A stretch of 64,000 nucleotides of DNA. It comes from an uncultured Nitrospiraceae bacterium. Lineage in GTDB: Bacteria > Nitrospirota > Thermodesulfovibrionia > Thermodesulfovibrionales > SM23-35. Below are positions 1 to 10,977 of this stretch, piece after piece (the first letter of the stretch is position 1; every line of letters starts with the position of its first letter). The stretch is taken from positions 32,001-96,000 of the forward strand of contig CAVSHB010000004.1 of assembly GCA_963727775.1 (NCBI GenBank), read 5' to 3'. Made by a program: the position numbers and the translations under genes. The notes beneath the pieces are model-generated. The model had not been told where the DNA came from. It searched no databases and was given only the letters and a program-made list of their open reading frames with translations.

Positions 1-362
1 CGAATATACTCAATCTCACGGTCCAGCCGGACGAGCAGATATCAGTGCGTTTTGGAGTAAAGTACCCATATTCCCAGAATCAGCTTTACTCTGTGAATAT
101 GGTATTCAACTATCGGGAAACCTTCCGGATGAAACCTCATTTCCCTTATGAACGGCTCTTAATCGACTGTATGAAAGGAGATCTTACACTATTTGTCAGA
201 CAGGACGCTGTTGAGGCCATGTGGGAAGTTGTTGATCCGATTATAGCCCGATGGGAAAGCACCGCTCCTTCCGGTTTCCCTAATTACGCGGCAGGCACAT
301 GGGGCCCGAAAGATTCCTTTACCTTGCTTGATCAAGACAGACGCCGCTGGATAACAAGTTGA
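1..362 (+). CDS. zwf: Glucose-6-phosphate 1-dehydrogenase, C-terminal part (runs off window start)
   Basis: Frame open from window start (NILNLTVQPDE...); PYERLLIDCMKGDLTLFVRQDAVEAMW and NYAAGTWGP are G6PD C-terminal motifs; next gene is pgl. Confidence 0.93.
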   Translation, partial: NILNLTVQPDEQISVRFGVKYPYSQNQLYSVNMVFNYRETFRMKPHFPYERLLIDCMKGDLTLFVRQDAVEAMWEVVDPIIARWESTAPSGFPNYAAGTWGPKDSFTLLDQDRRRWITS

Positions 363-1102
363 GGGCAATGGAAGATCGCCGCAAAATCCTTGTATTCGAT
401 AATGCGGGTGAAATGACGGATTTTATGGCGGAACAGTGGACAAAGCTCTCTATGCAAGCCGTTCGTGAGAAAGGTTCCTTTGTCGTCGCCCTTTCAGGAG
501 GGGATACGCCGAGAGACTTTTATCGAAAGCTTTCCGGCATTACTGAACAATCGCTATGGGACAGGATACATGTTTTTCTTGCGGACGAACGTTTTGTGCC
601 CTTTGCCGATCCTGACAGTAACTACGGAATGCTGACCGGTCTCCTTCTGGATAAGGTGAATATGCCGCTGGAAAACCGTCATCCCGTGCCTGTGGATGCA
701 TTGTCGCCGGATATCTCCGCAAACAAATACGAAAAGGACATGATCATGTTTTTCGGCCTGCGGAATTCCCTTCTGCCTGTATTTGACCTTATCGTGCTCG
801 GGATAGGGGAAGACGGCCATACAGCCTCGCTTTTCCCGGGTACCGACGTATTAAAAGAAAGGAGACATCTTGCATGCGCCGTATATATGGACTCAATACA
901 ACATAACAGGATAACTCTTACACTGCCTGTGATTAATAACGCAAAAAATATCATCTTTCTTGCATCCGGCAGAAAAAAAGCGGATGTGATAAGAAAAGTC
1001 CTAAAGGAAAAGCTTGTCTCACTGCCGGCTTCGATGGTTATGCCTGTGCAGGGAAACGTCTTATTTGTACTGGACAATGAGGCAGGTTCATTAAATGTAT
1101 AA
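359..1102 (+). CDS. pgl: 6-phosphogluconolactonase
   Basis: ALSGGDTP, FLADERFVP, DSNY, LGIGEDGHTASLFP and RITLT motifs; overlaps zwf stop. Confidence 0.95.
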   Translation: MRAMEDRRKILVFDNAGEMTDFMAEQWTKLSMQAVREKGSFVVALSGGDTPRDFYRKLSGITEQSLWDRIHVFLADERFVPFADPDSNYGMLTGLLLDKVNMPLENRHPVPVDALSPDISANKYEKDMIMFFGLRNSLLPVFDLIVLGIGEDGHTASLFPGTDVLKERRHLACAVYMDSIQHNRITLTLPVINNAKNIIFLASGRKKADVIRKVLKEKLVSLPASMVMPVQGNVLFVLDNEAGSLNV

Positions 1103-1490
1103 CGTTACTCTGTGGCCCGCAGTTGTTTATTTCCTTGCCGTTATTCTCATTGTGGCCGGAATAATGGTCCTATCCTATGTCCTCGGACAGCGACATAAAG
1201 ACAGGGCCACCGGCGAGCCATATGAATCGGGGATTGTTTCAACGGGGTCCGCGCAGGTCCGTTTCGATGTCAGGTTCTATATGGTGGCGATGTTTTTTGT
1301 TATCTTCGATCTCGAATCGGTATTTGTCTATGCATGGGCGGTCTCGGTCCGCGAGCTCGGCTGGCCCGGTTATTATGCTATCCTCATTTTTATCGGTATA
1401 CTTATCATGACTCTGTTTTACTTACTGAGGATCGGCGCGCTGGACTGGGGCCCGTCGAGAATAAAACCTCAAACGACAAAACGGGAGTAA
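1095..1490 (+). CDS. nuoA: NADH-quinone oxidoreductase subunit A
   Basis: PYESG and [14 protein letters not shown] motifs; 3 TM segments. Confidence 0.96.
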   Translation: MYNVTLWPAVVYFLAVILIVAGIMVLSYVLGQRHKDRATGEPYESGIVSTGSAQVRFDVRFYMVAMFFVIFDLESVFVYAWAVSVRELGWPGYYAILIFIGILIMTLFYLLRIGALDWGPSRIKPQTTKRE

Positions 1491-1501
1491 CACTTTTAAT
1501 T

Positions 1502-2140
1502 ATGAAACCGGACGAGGAAAAAACATCAAACACAGTGCTGGCTGATCATGCCTACGGATCCGTTGAAAACGCCGTCGGCAGGTCCCTGATTTTCGCGCGT
1601 CTTCAAGAGCTTCTTGCCTGGGGCAGGAAAAATTCGCTCTGGCCGTTCAACTTCGGCCTTTCATGCTGTTTTGTCGAGATGGCAACCAGCATAACCAGCA
1701 GATATGACATCGCGCGTTTCGGCTCTGAAGTAATTAGGGGCACACCCCGTGAGGCTGATGTAATGGTAATTGCAGGAACTGTTTTCATAAAGATGGCCCC
1801 TGTTATAGAGCGCCTTTATCAACAGATGATGCTTCCACGGTGGGTAATCTCGATGGGTTCGTGCGCAAATTCGGGAGGGATGTACGACATTTACAGCGTA
1901 GTTCAGGGTGTAGACAAGTTTCTCCCTGTTGATGTCTATATTCCCGGGTGTCCTCCCAGACCCGAAGCATTTATGGAGGGGCTGCTGCTGCTCAGTCAAT
2001 CCGTCGGCAAAGAAAGAAGGCCTTTGAGCTGGGTCATGGGTCCGCAAGGTATTGAGACGCCTCGCAGACCATCGATGCGGGACATGAAAAGTGCGGAGAG
2101 AATAAAGGCCACAGAACTCCGTTCACCTGATGAGGTTTAA
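1502..2140 (+). CDS. nuoB: NADH-quinone oxidoreductase subunit B
   Basis: [30 protein letters not shown] 1502 preferred over the ORF-track start at 1334. Confidence 0.96.
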   Translation: MKPDEEKTSNTVLADHAYGSVENAVGRSLIFARLQELLAWGRKNSLWPFNFGLSCCFVEMATSITSRYDIARFGSEVIRGTPREADVMVIAGTVFIKMAPVIERLYQQMMLPRWVISMGSCANSGGMYDIYSVVQGVDKFLPVDVYIPGCPPRPEAFMEGLLLLSQSVGKERRPLSWVMGPQGIETPRRPSMRDMKSAERIKATELRSPDEV

Positions 2141-2159
2141 ATGAATACAAGGAAATGTA

Positions 2160-3920
2160 ATGTCATTTATGCTTAATACCGACCCGAACATATCGGAAGA
2201 ATTGCAGCACAAATTTGCCGGACATATCCTTTCAGAACAGGAAACGCGCGATAACATTCTTACTCTGTGGGTAAAAGAAGAAGGCATACGCGACATTTTG
2301 AGGTATCTTAAAAATGAGGCGACAAAACCTTATCGAATGCTCTACGATATCACGGCGATTGATGAGCGTGTCCGTTCAAACAGGCAGAACCAGCCTGAGA
2401 GCGATTTCACGCTTATCTATCAACTCTTATCTTATGACCGGAATGAATACATCCGCCTTAAAGCTCCCCTCAAAGGCGATTCCCCGTCCTTATCAACGAT
2501 TACAGATATTTGGCCTTCAGCCAACTGGTACGAGAGAGAGGTATGGGACATGTTCGGGATCACTTTTGAAGGACACCCTCATCTCACAAGAATTCTTCTG
2601 CCCCCGACGTGGCAAGGACATCCTCTAAGGAAAGAGCACCCTGCGCGCGCCACTGACATGGGGCCTTTTACCCTTCCTGAAAAAAAAGAGGAAGAAGAGC
2701 AGGAAGCTCTCAGGTTCCGTCCTGAAGACTGGGGAATGCGTTCCGGCGACGAAGACACAGACTTTCTCTTCCTTAATCTCGGGCCGCAGCATCCCGGTAC
2801 ACACGGACTCCTGCGCGTAATTCTCGAATTAGACGGCGAGGAAATAAAGGGCGCTGTACTTGATATAGGGTTCCATCACAGGGGAGCGGAAAAGATGGGG
2901 GAGCGGCAGTCCTGGCATACGTACATCCCTTATACTGACCGGGTTGATTATCTCGGCGGCGTAATGAATAACCTCGCGTATGTGCTCGCTGTTGAACAGC
3001 TCGCCGGGATAGAGGTGCCTGAAAAAGCAAAGGTCATTCGTGTCATGCTCTGCGAACTCTTTCGCATTGCGAGCCATTTGGTCTGGTATGGCACGTTCGC
3101 TCAGGACCTAGGCGCGTTATCGCCTGTGTTCTATATGTTCAGCGACAGAGAACGCATTTTCGATATTATCGAGGCCATATGTGGTGGCCGAATGCACCCG
3201 AGTTGGTTCCGTATCGGCGGGGTAGCGCAAGACCTGCCTAAAGGCTGGGACGGGCCTATCCGAAATTTTCTCGCGTATCTCCCCGGACGGCTTGCAGAGT
3301 ATGACAAGATGGTCATGCAGAACAGCATCTTTAAGGCGCGTACCCGGGGCATAGGCAGTTATACGCTGGATGAAGCCATAGAGTGGAGTATTACCGGACC
3401 GGGTCTGCGCGCGTGCGGCTTTGATTGGGATTTCCGAAAAAGAATGCCTTACTCGGGATATGATCAGTTTGAGTTTGATATTCCGACTGCCGTACACGGC
3501 GATTGTTACGATAGGGCCATTGTCCGCGTGGAAGAGATGCGCCAAAGCCTGCGGATCATTGAACAGTGCCTGAAAAACATGCCCGCTGGGCCGTACAAGG
3601 CAGTGCATCCGTCGGCAACACCTCCTCTTAAAGAACGGACCATGTATGACATCGAGACTTTGATCACGCATTTTCTCAACGTGAGCTGGGGACCCGTCAT
3701 TCCTTCAGGGGAGGCATTTTTCAACATTGAGGCCACGAAAGGCGGCAATGGTTATTACCTGATCAGCGACGGCGGCACAACGTCTTACAGGACACGCATT
3801 CGCACACCTTCCTTTCCTCATCTTCAGATGGTACCTATGGTATGCTGTAGCCGGACTGTAGCTGATTTATTGGCCATCCTGGGGAGCGTGGACTATGTGC
3901 TTGCCGATGTAGACAGATGA
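2160..3920 (+). CDS. nuoCD: NADH-quinone oxidoreductase fused subunit C/D
   Basis: [11 protein letters not shown] and GHPLRK (C); [22 protein letters not shown] and terminal DVDR (D). Confidence 0.96.
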   Translation: MSFMLNTDPNISEELQHKFAGHILSEQETRDNILTLWVKEEGIRDILRYLKNEATKPYRMLYDITAIDERVRSNRQNQPESDFTLIYQLLSYDRNEYIRLKAPLKGDSPSLSTITDIWPSANWYEREVWDMFGITFEGHPHLTRILLPPTWQGHPLRKEHPARATDMGPFTLPEKKEEEEQEALRFRPEDWGMRSGDEDTDFLFLNLGPQHPGTHGLLRVILELDGEEIKGAVLDIGFHHRGAEKMGERQSWHTYIPYTDRVDYLGGVMNNLAYVLAVEQLAGIEVPEKAKVIRVMLCELFRIASHLVWYGTFAQDLGALSPVFYMFSDRERIFDIIEAICGGRMHPSWFRIGGVAQDLPKGWDGPIRNFLAYLPGRLAEYDKMVMQNSIFKARTRGIGSYTLDEAIEWSITGPGLRACGFDWDFRKRMPYSGYDQFEFDIPTAVHGDCYDRAIVRVEEMRQSLRIIEQCLKNMPAGPYKAVHPSATPPLKERTMYDIETLITHFLNVSWGPVIPSGEAFFNIEATKGGNGYYLISDGGTTSYRTRIRTPSFPHLQMVPMVCCSRTVADLLAILGSVDYVLADVDR

Positions 3921-3963
3921 CTGAACACAACCCCTATATTTTTTTGATTAAAGGAGAGCATTA

Positions 3964-4428
3964 ATGCTGTCTGAAGCAGAGAGACGGGAAATTGATTCTG
4001 TCCGCAAAGGATACAAGTATAAACAGGCCGCATGTGTCGAGGCATTGAAAATTATACAACGCAGCCGTGGCTGGATATCAGATGAGGACATAAAAGATAT
4101 TTCAGAATTATTGGACATGACCTCTGCAGAACTCGATAGTGTTTCAACGTTTTACAGCCTTATCTTCAGAAGACCTGTCGGCAGGCATATCATCCTGATC
4201 TGCGACAGCGTAAGCTGCTGGATTACCGGATATGAAAGGATTATTGAGCATATTAAAACCAGACTGGGAATCGAGCTTGGTGGAACAACCTCGGACGGCA
4301 GGTTTACTTTGTTGCCCGTCGCATGCATCGGCGCATGCGAACAGGCCCCTGCAATGATTATCGATAACATTGTTTATGGAGATCTCGACGAGGACAAAAT
4401 CTATGAGATCCTTTCGAGATATGAATAA
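3964..4428 (+). CDS. nuoE: NADH-quinone oxidoreductase subunit E
   Basis: CDSVSC...CIGAC 2Fe-2S ligands. Confidence 0.95.
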   Translation: MLSEAERREIDSVRKGYKYKQAACVEALKIIQRSRGWISDEDIKDISELLDMTSAELDSVSTFYSLIFRRPVGRHIILICDSVSCWITGYERIIEHIKTRLGIELGGTTSDGRFTLLPVACIGACEQAPAMIIDNIVYGDLDEDKIYEILSRYE

Positions 4429-4440
4429 GGGATATCTTTA

Positions 4441-5718
4441 ATGGAACGGCCTTTGACTAAGAATATAAGACCGGGCGAAGGGCCTTTTGATCTCCGGGAA
4501 TATGAGAAAGCAGGCGGCTATCAGGCTGCCCGTAAGGCACTCCTGAATATGACGCCGGAGGAAATAATTTCCGCAGTTAAGGATTCCAATCTGCGGGGCC
4601 GGGGCGGAGCAGGTTTTCCCACGGGATTAAAATGGAGTCTCATGCCGTCTTCAGATAAAGATATGCGCCTTCCAAGGTATCTTATTGCCAATACCGATGA
4701 GATGGAGCCGGGGACATTTAAAGACCGTCTGCTCCTTGAGGGTGATCCGCATCAACTGATCGAGGGCATGATCATCAGTTCTTATGCGCTGCAGGTCGAT
4801 GTTGCTTATATTTTTATTCGTCTCGCTTATATTCTTGCTGCCGAGAGGCTGAAGAAGGCGATTGCCGAGGCTTACACGGGTAATTATCTCGGTCAAAATA
4901 TCTTCGGATCGGGATATAATCTGGAATTGCATCTCCATATGAGCGCAGGCCGTTATATTTGCGGTGAGGAGACCGCATTATTAAATGCCCTCGAAGGAAA
5001 ACGCGCGGTACCGCGCGCAAAGCCACCTTATGCGACTACCTCCGGTTTATGGGGGAAGCCCACGGTCATTGACAATACAGAGACCCTGTGCAACGTACCT
5101 CACATTGTAAATAACGGCGCCGCGTGGTTCAGAAGTCTCAGCCGCTCTCAAGACAGCGGGACCAAGATCTTCGGAGTGAGCGGCAGAGTAAATAAACCGG
5201 GGCTCTGGGAACTGCCAATGGGGACTACAATAAGAGAGCTCATTGAAGAGCATGCGGGCGGGATGAAGGTCGGCCTAAAATTCAAAGGCGTTATCCCCGG
5301 CGGCGCTTCGACCGACTTTCTTATTGAAGAACATCTCGATGTTAAGATGGATTTTGATTCGTTACATAAGGCGGGCAGCCGTCTGGGTACCGGGACCATG
5401 ATTATTCTCGACGATAAGATATGCCCTGTCGGCATGGTACTGAACCTCGAACGTTTTTTCGCCCGTGAGTCCTGCGGATGGTGCACGCCCTGCCGCGAGG
5501 GTCTGCCGTGGATAGAAAAAATACTGAAGGACATGGAGGCCGGCAGGGGACGGCCTGAAGACATCGAGATATTGCATGAGCAGGTTCGGTTCATGGGACC
5601 CGGCCATACATTCTGCGCCCTTGCGCCGGGAGCAATGGAGCCTTTGGAGAGCGCGTTGAAATATTTCAGAGAAGATTTCGAACGGCATATTAAAGAGAAA
5701 CGCTGCCCGTGGAGATAA
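4441..5718 (+). CDS. nuoF: NADH-quinone oxidoreductase subunit F
   Basis: GRGGAGFPTG, DEMEPGTFKD, YICGEETAL, ESCGWCTPCREG. Confidence 0.97.
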   Translation: MERPLTKNIRPGEGPFDLREYEKAGGYQAARKALLNMTPEEIISAVKDSNLRGRGGAGFPTGLKWSLMPSSDKDMRLPRYLIANTDEMEPGTFKDRLLLEGDPHQLIEGMIISSYALQVDVAYIFIRLAYILAAERLKKAIAEAYTGNYLGQNIFGSGYNLELHLHMSAGRYICGEETALLNALEGKRAVPRAKPPYATTSGLWGKPTVIDNTETLCNVPHIVNNGAAWFRSLSRSQDSGTKIFGVSGRVNKPGLWELPMGTTIRELIEEHAGGMKVGLKFKGVIPGGASTDFLIEEHLDVKMDFDSLHKAGSRLGTGTMIILDDKICPVGMVLNLERFFARESCGWCTPCREGLPWIEKILKDMEAGRGRPEDIEILHEQVRFMGPGHTFCALAPGAMEPLESALKYFREDFERHIKEKRCPWR

Positions 5719-5722
5719 ACTT

Positions 5723-8476
5723 ATGGCAACGATTTATATAGACAACAAACCCTACGAAGTCAAAGACGGGCAGAACCTCCTTCAGGCGTGCCTTTCACTC
5801 GGCTTCAACCTGCCTTATTTTTGCTGGCATCCGGCCATGCATTCCGTGGGCGCCTGCAGGCAATGTGCAGTCAAGCAGTTCAAAGATGAAAAAGATACTC
5901 ATGGCCGAATTGTCATGTCGTGCATGACACCGGCTGCAGACGGCACAAGGATATCGATAGACGATCCTGACGCGTTGAAATTCCGCAGGAGCGTCATCGA
6001 ATGGCTGATGCTTAACCATCCGCACGACTGTCCCGTCTGCGATGAAGGAGGGGAGTGCCACCTCCAGGACATGACAGTCATGACCGGGCATGTTTACCGC
6101 AGGTCCCGGTTTAAAAAACGCACTTATAGCAACCAATATCTCGGTCCTTTTATCAACCATGAGATGAACCGCTGCATTCAGTGCTACCGTTGTGTCAGGT
6201 TCTATCGTGATTATGCCGGCGGACGCGACTTGAATGTATTCGGCGCCCACCATCATGTTTATTTCGGACGGCATGAGGAAGGCGTTTTTGAGAGTGAGTT
6301 CAGCGGTAACCTTGTTGAGGTCTGTCCTACAGGGGTATTCACCGACAAGACATTGAAGAAGCATTACACCAGGAAATGGGACCTGCAAACAGCGCCGTCC
6401 GTCTGTGTCCATTGCGGTTTGGGATGCAACACTATACCCGGAGAACGTTATGGAAAACTAAGGAGAGTACACAACCGTTACAACAGTAAGGTCAACGGTT
6501 ATTTCCTCTGTGACCGCGGCCGTTATGGGTATGAGTTTGTGAACAGCGAGCAGAGAATCCATAAACTTTTATTGGCCCATTTGAAAGAAGATTCCGTTAA
6601 TATGGAACATTCAGCAAATCCTGTCGGCAAAGATATGATACTCAGGCATCTTTCCGATATCCTTTATTTCGGCGCAAAGGTCATAGGAATCGGCTCGCCG
6701 AGGGCTTCAATCGAAGCAAATTTTGCTCTGCGCACATTAGTCGGGCCTGATCATTTCTATGCCGGTATATCCGAAACGGAATACCGCATGGTGGCTCTCA
6801 TTACAGAAATTATGCAGAAAGGTCCTGCGCAGTCTCCGTCATTACATGAGATTGAGATGCATGACGCGGTGCTTGTTCTGGGTGAAGATATTACAAACGT
6901 AGCACCGATGCTGGACCTCGCAATTCGCCAGTCGGTCCGTCAAAAGCCTATGAGACACGCGGACAACCTCGGGATACCCCGCTGGCATGATTACGCAGTG
7001 CGTGATGCAATTCAGGATGATAAAGGTCCTTTGTTCACCGTCACACCGGCGGGCACCAAACTTGACGCCATAGCCACGAAAACATACCACGCGCCGCCTG
7101 ATGACATTGCCCGTCTTGGGTTTGCAGTTGCCCATGAGCTGGATGGCAAAGCCCCGCAGATATCAGACCTTGCGCCGGACATACAGGATATGGCCCGGAC
7201 CATTGCTCATGCATTGAGGGAATCAGAGAGGCCTTTGATTATTTCAGGCGTCAGCTGCAACAGTGAATCCTTAATCCGGTCTGCCGCCAATATAGCATGG
7301 GCTCTCTGCGGCAAAGGCGTCCGGTCCGGACTATCTTTTATTGTTCATGAATGCAACACTACAGGCCTTGGCCTCATGTCTGGAAACAGCCTGAATACGG
7401 CTTTTAAAATAGTGCAGAACGGTGGAGCGGATACAGCCATAATTCTCGAAAACGACCTGTACCGGCGAACAGACAAAAAAACTGCGGATGATTTTTTCAA
7501 GAATTGCAAACACACTATTGCTATAGACAGTATTGAGACACAAACAACTTCAAAGGCGGAGATCGTGTTGCCCGCAAGCGCCTTTGCAGAGACGGACGGC
7601 ACCATTGTAAATAGTGAAGGCCGGGCCCAGCGCTTCATCAAGGTCTTACAACCCCTTGATGACATAGAGGAAAGCTGGAGGTGGGTCCTCGATATGATGA
7701 CTGTCGCCGAGAGGCCGGAAGCATATAAGTGGCGCTTATTCGAAGATATTACATCGGCAATGGCTGAGACTATTCCCGTCTTTAAACCGGCCGCAGCGGG
7801 CGTCCCTCCCGCCGGATTTCGTATAGTTGGGATGAAGATACCGCGCCAGCCTCACAGGTACAGCGGGCGTACCGCAATGCATGCAGATATCAGCGTGCAT
7901 GAATCAAAACCGCCGGAAGACCCGGATTCGCCTCTCTCTTTTTCCATGGAGGGATATGAAGGCGTTCCGCCTTCTTCACTTATTACACGCTTCTGGGCAC
8001 CCGGCTGGAATTCCGTTCAGGCAGTCAATAAATTCCAGAATGAAATCGGAGGCCGCTTACTCGATGGCGACCCCGGCAGGCGATTGATTGAGCCGGAAAC
8101 CGCCAAAGATATTTTATTTTTCAATGAAGTGCCTTCTGCTTTTCATACGCTGCCTGATGAGTACTTAATTGTTCCCCTGTATCACATTTTCGGATCGGAG
8201 GAATTCAGCGCCCTGTCTCCCGGCATAGCTGAACTGGCGCCAAAGCCTTATTTCGGACTTAATCCTGATGATATAAAAAAGTTGAATATAAATGAAGGCG
8301 CAATAATAAGGTGTACCTTAAATGGCGCTGAATTACAGCTCCCTGTTAAATGCATAATAAGTTTATCTCAGGGAACAGCCGGGGTACCGGTTGGTCTCCC
8401 AGGTTTAATCGGTCCCGTTTTACCGGCATCGGTTAAAATTCATATCACAAAACATACGGAGGGCCCAAATGGGTGA
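5723..8476 (+). CDS. nuoG: NADH-quinone oxidoreductase subunit G (long, E. coli-type)
   Basis: FCWHP...[25 protein letters not shown] and CVHCGLGC (N7) motifs; 917 aa. Confidence 0.96.
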   Translation: MATIYIDNKPYEVKDGQNLLQACLSLGFNLPYFCWHPAMHSVGACRQCAVKQFKDEKDTHGRIVMSCMTPAADGTRISIDDPDALKFRRSVIEWLMLNHPHDCPVCDEGGECHLQDMTVMTGHVYRRSRFKKRTYSNQYLGPFINHEMNRCIQCYRCVRFYRDYAGGRDLNVFGAHHHVYFGRHEEGVFESEFSGNLVEVCPTGVFTDKTLKKHYTRKWDLQTAPSVCVHCGLGCNTIPGERYGKLRRVHNRYNSKVNGYFLCDRGRYGYEFVNSEQRIHKLLLAHLKEDSVNMEHSANPVGKDMILRHLSDILYFGAKVIGIGSPRASIEANFALRTLVGPDHFYAGISETEYRMVALITEIMQKGPAQSPSLHEIEMHDAVLVLGEDITNVAPMLDLAIRQSVRQKPMRHADNLGIPRWHDYAVRDAIQDDKGPLFTVTPAGTKLDAIATKTYHAPPDDIARLGFAVAHELDGKAPQISDLAPDIQDMARTIAHALRESERPLIISGVSCNSESLIRSAANIAWALCGKGVRSGLSFIVHECNTTGLGLMSGNSLNTAFKIVQNGGADTAIILENDLYRRTDKKTADDFFKNCKHTIAIDSIETQTTSKAEIVLPASAFAETDGTIVNSEGRAQRFIKVLQPLDDIEESWRWVLDMMTVAERPEAYKWRLFEDITSAMAETIPVFKPAAAGVPPAGFRIVGMKIPRQPHRYSGRTAMHADISVHESKPPEDPDSPLSFSMEGYEGVPPSSLITRFWAPGWNSVQAVNKFQNEIGGRLLDGDPGRRLIEPETAKDILFFNEVPSAFHTLPDEYLIVPLYHIFGSEEFSALSPGIAELAPKPYFGLNPDDIKKLNINEGAIIRCTLNGAELQLPVKCIISLSQGTAGVPVGLPGLIGPVLPASVKIHITKHTEGPNG

Positions 8477-9425
8477 AACAATTCTTTCACTCATAATTGT
8501 CTTTGGAGTTCTCACCGCAGTCCTATCCGTTGCCGCAGGGCTCATATGGCTGGAACGCAGACTACTCGCAGTCTGGCAGGACAGATACGGTCCGAACCGC
8601 GTCGGTACTTTCGGGTTGCTCCAGGTAGTTACCGACATGATAAAGCTCTTCGCAAAGGAAGACTGGATACCGCCTTTTGCGGACAAGCCCGTCTTTGTCA
8701 TTGCTCCTGCTATCATCATGGTCACTGTTTTGCTTTCCTTTATCATTGTCCCTTTTACGCCATACATAAAAGTGGTAAACCTCAACATCGGCGTGCTTTT
8801 CTTTCTGGCAATGTCGTCCATGGGCGTGTATAGTGTTGCTTTGGCAGGATGGGCCTCGAACAATAAATATTCTTTGATCGGCGGCCTTCGGGCTTCAGCG
8901 CAGATGATCAGCTACGAGATTTTCATGGGACTGTCGCTTATGGGTGTTGTCATACTCGCGGGTTCATTTGATCTGAGTAACATTGTTGAGGCCCAGAAAA
9001 GCTTGTGGTACTGTGTCCCGCAGTTACCCGGTCTTTTGATCTTTTTGATAGCCGGTATTGCCGAAACGCGCAGACTGCCGTTTGACCTGCCCGAAGCTGA
9101 AAGCGAACTGGTGGCCGGGTTTCATTCGGAATATTCAGGCATGAAATTCGGCATGTTTTTTGTAGGAGAGTACATCGGCATTACGCTCGTCTCCGCCATG
9201 ATCGTAACTCTCTTCTTCGGCGGCTGGCTCGGGCCGGTCCTTCCGCCGCTGCTGTGGTTTTGCCTTAAAACACTTTTTTTCATCTGTATGTTCATACTGC
9301 TCAGGGCTTCTCTGCCGAGACCTAGGTTCGACCAGCTCATGTCATACGGATGGAAAATTCTCCTTCCGCTGTCGCTGCTGAACCTTTTAGTAACAGGAGG
9401 GCTTTTACTTGCGACGGGACATTAA
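8469..9425 (+). CDS. nuoH: NADH-quinone oxidoreductase subunit H
   Basis: [30 protein letters not shown]. Confidence 0.96.
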   Translation: MGETILSLIIVFGVLTAVLSVAAGLIWLERRLLAVWQDRYGPNRVGTFGLLQVVTDMIKLFAKEDWIPPFADKPVFVIAPAIIMVTVLLSFIIVPFTPYIKVVNLNIGVLFFLAMSSMGVYSVALAGWASNNKYSLIGGLRASAQMISYEIFMGLSLMGVVILAGSFDLSNIVEAQKSLWYCVPQLPGLLIFLIAGIAETRRLPFDLPEAESELVAGFHSEYSGMKFGMFFVGEYIGITLVSAMIVTLFFGGWLGPVLPPLLWFCLKTLFFICMFILLRASLPRPRFDQLMSYGWKILLPLSLLNLLVTGGLLLATGH

Positions 9426-9441
9426 AAAGAAAATTAATGAT

Positions 9442-9584
9442 AGGTATAAGGACAGGAAAACCTTTACCAATCGCAATCCGATATTTCGGAGCCAATGCGT
9501 TACAGAGAAAAGCATAAAGCTTTATTTGGAAAGCAATCGTCTTACAAAGGTGGCGATAATAAAGCTTTTCCTGCCCTTATACCT
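9442..9584. repeat. MITE-like 143-bp element with ~25-bp terminal inverted repeats between nuoH and nuoI
   Basis: Left arm aggtataaggacaggaaaaccttta; right arm reverse-complements to aggtataagggcaggaaaagcttta (23/25). Confidence 0.6.
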
Positions 9585-9628
9585 TCTTTATTATAATCAT
9601 AATTACCTCTCGGGGCTAAGGTGATTCA

Positions 9629-10144
9629 ATGCTGAGTTTATTGAGAAGTATCTGGAGGGTGTTCCTGCATATGTTTCGCAAGCGGGAAACCATTCTGTAT
9701 CCCGAGGAAAAGCCTTATATACCGCCGAGATGGAGGGGCCGCATTGTCCTTTCGCGCGATCCCGACGGAGGCGAAAGATGCGTTGCCTGTTACCTGTGCG
9801 CTGTTGCATGTCCGGTGGATTGCATATCTTTGCAGGCGACTGAAGATAAAAGCGGAAGACGCTACCCCGAGTTTTTCCGAATAAACTTTTCGCGCTGTAT
9901 TTTCTGCGGCTTCTGCGAAGAGGCTTGTCCGACTTATGCCATACAGCTTACAACCGATTTTGAGATGAGCGAATACGTCCGGCAGAATCTTGTATATGAA
10001 AAAAAAGACCTCTTAATCAGCGGTACCGGAAAATATCCGGGGTATAATTTTTACAAGGTTGCGGGATTGGCTGTCGCCGGAAAAGGTAAAGGGGAAGCGG
10101 AGAATGAAGAGCCGCCTGTGGACCCAAAAAGCTTAATGCCGTAA
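9629..10144 (+). CDS. nuoI: NADH-quinone oxidoreductase subunit I
   Basis: Two CxxCxxCxxxCP motifs. Confidence 0.96.
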   Translation: MLSLLRSIWRVFLHMFRKRETILYPEEKPYIPPRWRGRIVLSRDPDGGERCVACYLCAVACPVDCISLQATEDKSGRRYPEFFRINFSRCIFCGFCEEACPTYAIQLTTDFEMSEYVRQNLVYEKKDLLISGTGKYPGYNFYKVAGLAVAGKGKGEAENEEPPVDPKSLMP

Positions 10145-10153
10145 AGAGGAATT

Positions 10154-10672
10154 ATGGATGAGGTATTTTTAATTTCCGCCGCAGTGGCGATCATATCGAC
10201 CGTGATGGTCATAACACGGTTGAACGTAGTGCACGCGCTCCTTTATCTCATCGTATCTCTGCTGTCGGTATCATTGGTCTTCTTTACACTCGGGGCCCCA
10301 TTTGCTGCTGCCCTTGAAGTAATCATTTATGCAGGGGCCATTATGGTGCTTTTCGTTTTCGTAATCATGATGCTTAATCTCGGTCCTCAGGCCATTCAGC
10401 AAGAACGACAATGGCTCAATCTGAAAATGTGGACCGGTCCGGCTGTCCTTACATTGATTCTCTTTACCGAGCTGATTTATATGCTCTCACGTCATGCCGA
10501 TCATCCGGCTTTTACAAATATCATCAGTCCGAAACAGTTAGGCGTCGCCCTTTTCGGTCCTTATATACTGGGAGTTGAGATGGCCTCGATGCTCTTGTTG
10601 GCCGGACTTACAGGCGCCTATCACCTTGGCCGGCGTGATGATTCAGCGAAAACGGGTGGGACAATATCATGA
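10154..10672 (+). CDS. nuoJ: NADH-quinone oxidoreductase subunit J
   Basis: EVIIYAGAIMVLFVFVIMML; operon position. Confidence 0.95.
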   Translation: MDEVFLISAAVAIISTVMVITRLNVVHALLYLIVSLLSVSLVFFTLGAPFAAALEVIIYAGAIMVLFVFVIMMLNLGPQAIQQERQWLNLKMWTGPAVLTLILFTELIYMLSRHADHPAFTNIISPKQLGVALFGPYILGVEMASMLLLAGLTGAYHLGRRDDSAKTGGTIS

Positions 10673-10977
10673 TGTCGATTCCTGAACACTATGGTATCAT
10701 CCTGTCCGGAATCCTTTTTGTGCTCGGGTTGACCGGTGTTCTCGTGCGCAGAAATATCATATTTATCCTGCTTTCCGTCGAGATCATGCTGAACGCCTCG
10801 GGGCTCGCGTTTATCGTTGCGGGGGCGCGATGGGGAGATGCGGACGGACAGATCATGTTCATCTTTATCCTGGCTACAGCGGCAGCTGAAGTGTCTGTGG
10901 GTCTGGCGCTCGTTCTTCAGATCTATCATCAAATCAAGACGCTCGATGCGGATTCCGCAAATAAAATGAGGGGATAA
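10669..10977 (+). CDS. nuoK: NADH-quinone oxidoreductase subunit K
   Basis: RRNIIFILLSVEIMLN, AAAEVSVGLAL. Confidence 0.95.
   Translation: MMSIPEHYGIILSGILFVLGLTGVLVRRNIIFILLSVEIMLNASGLAFIVAGARWGDADGQIMFIFILATAAAEVSVGLALVLQIYHQIKTLDADSANKMRG

Noticed and set aside
9409..9624. 71-aa ORF between nuoH and nuoI as an extra subunit
   Set aside because: It spans the inverted-repeat element and has no recognisable motif or RBS
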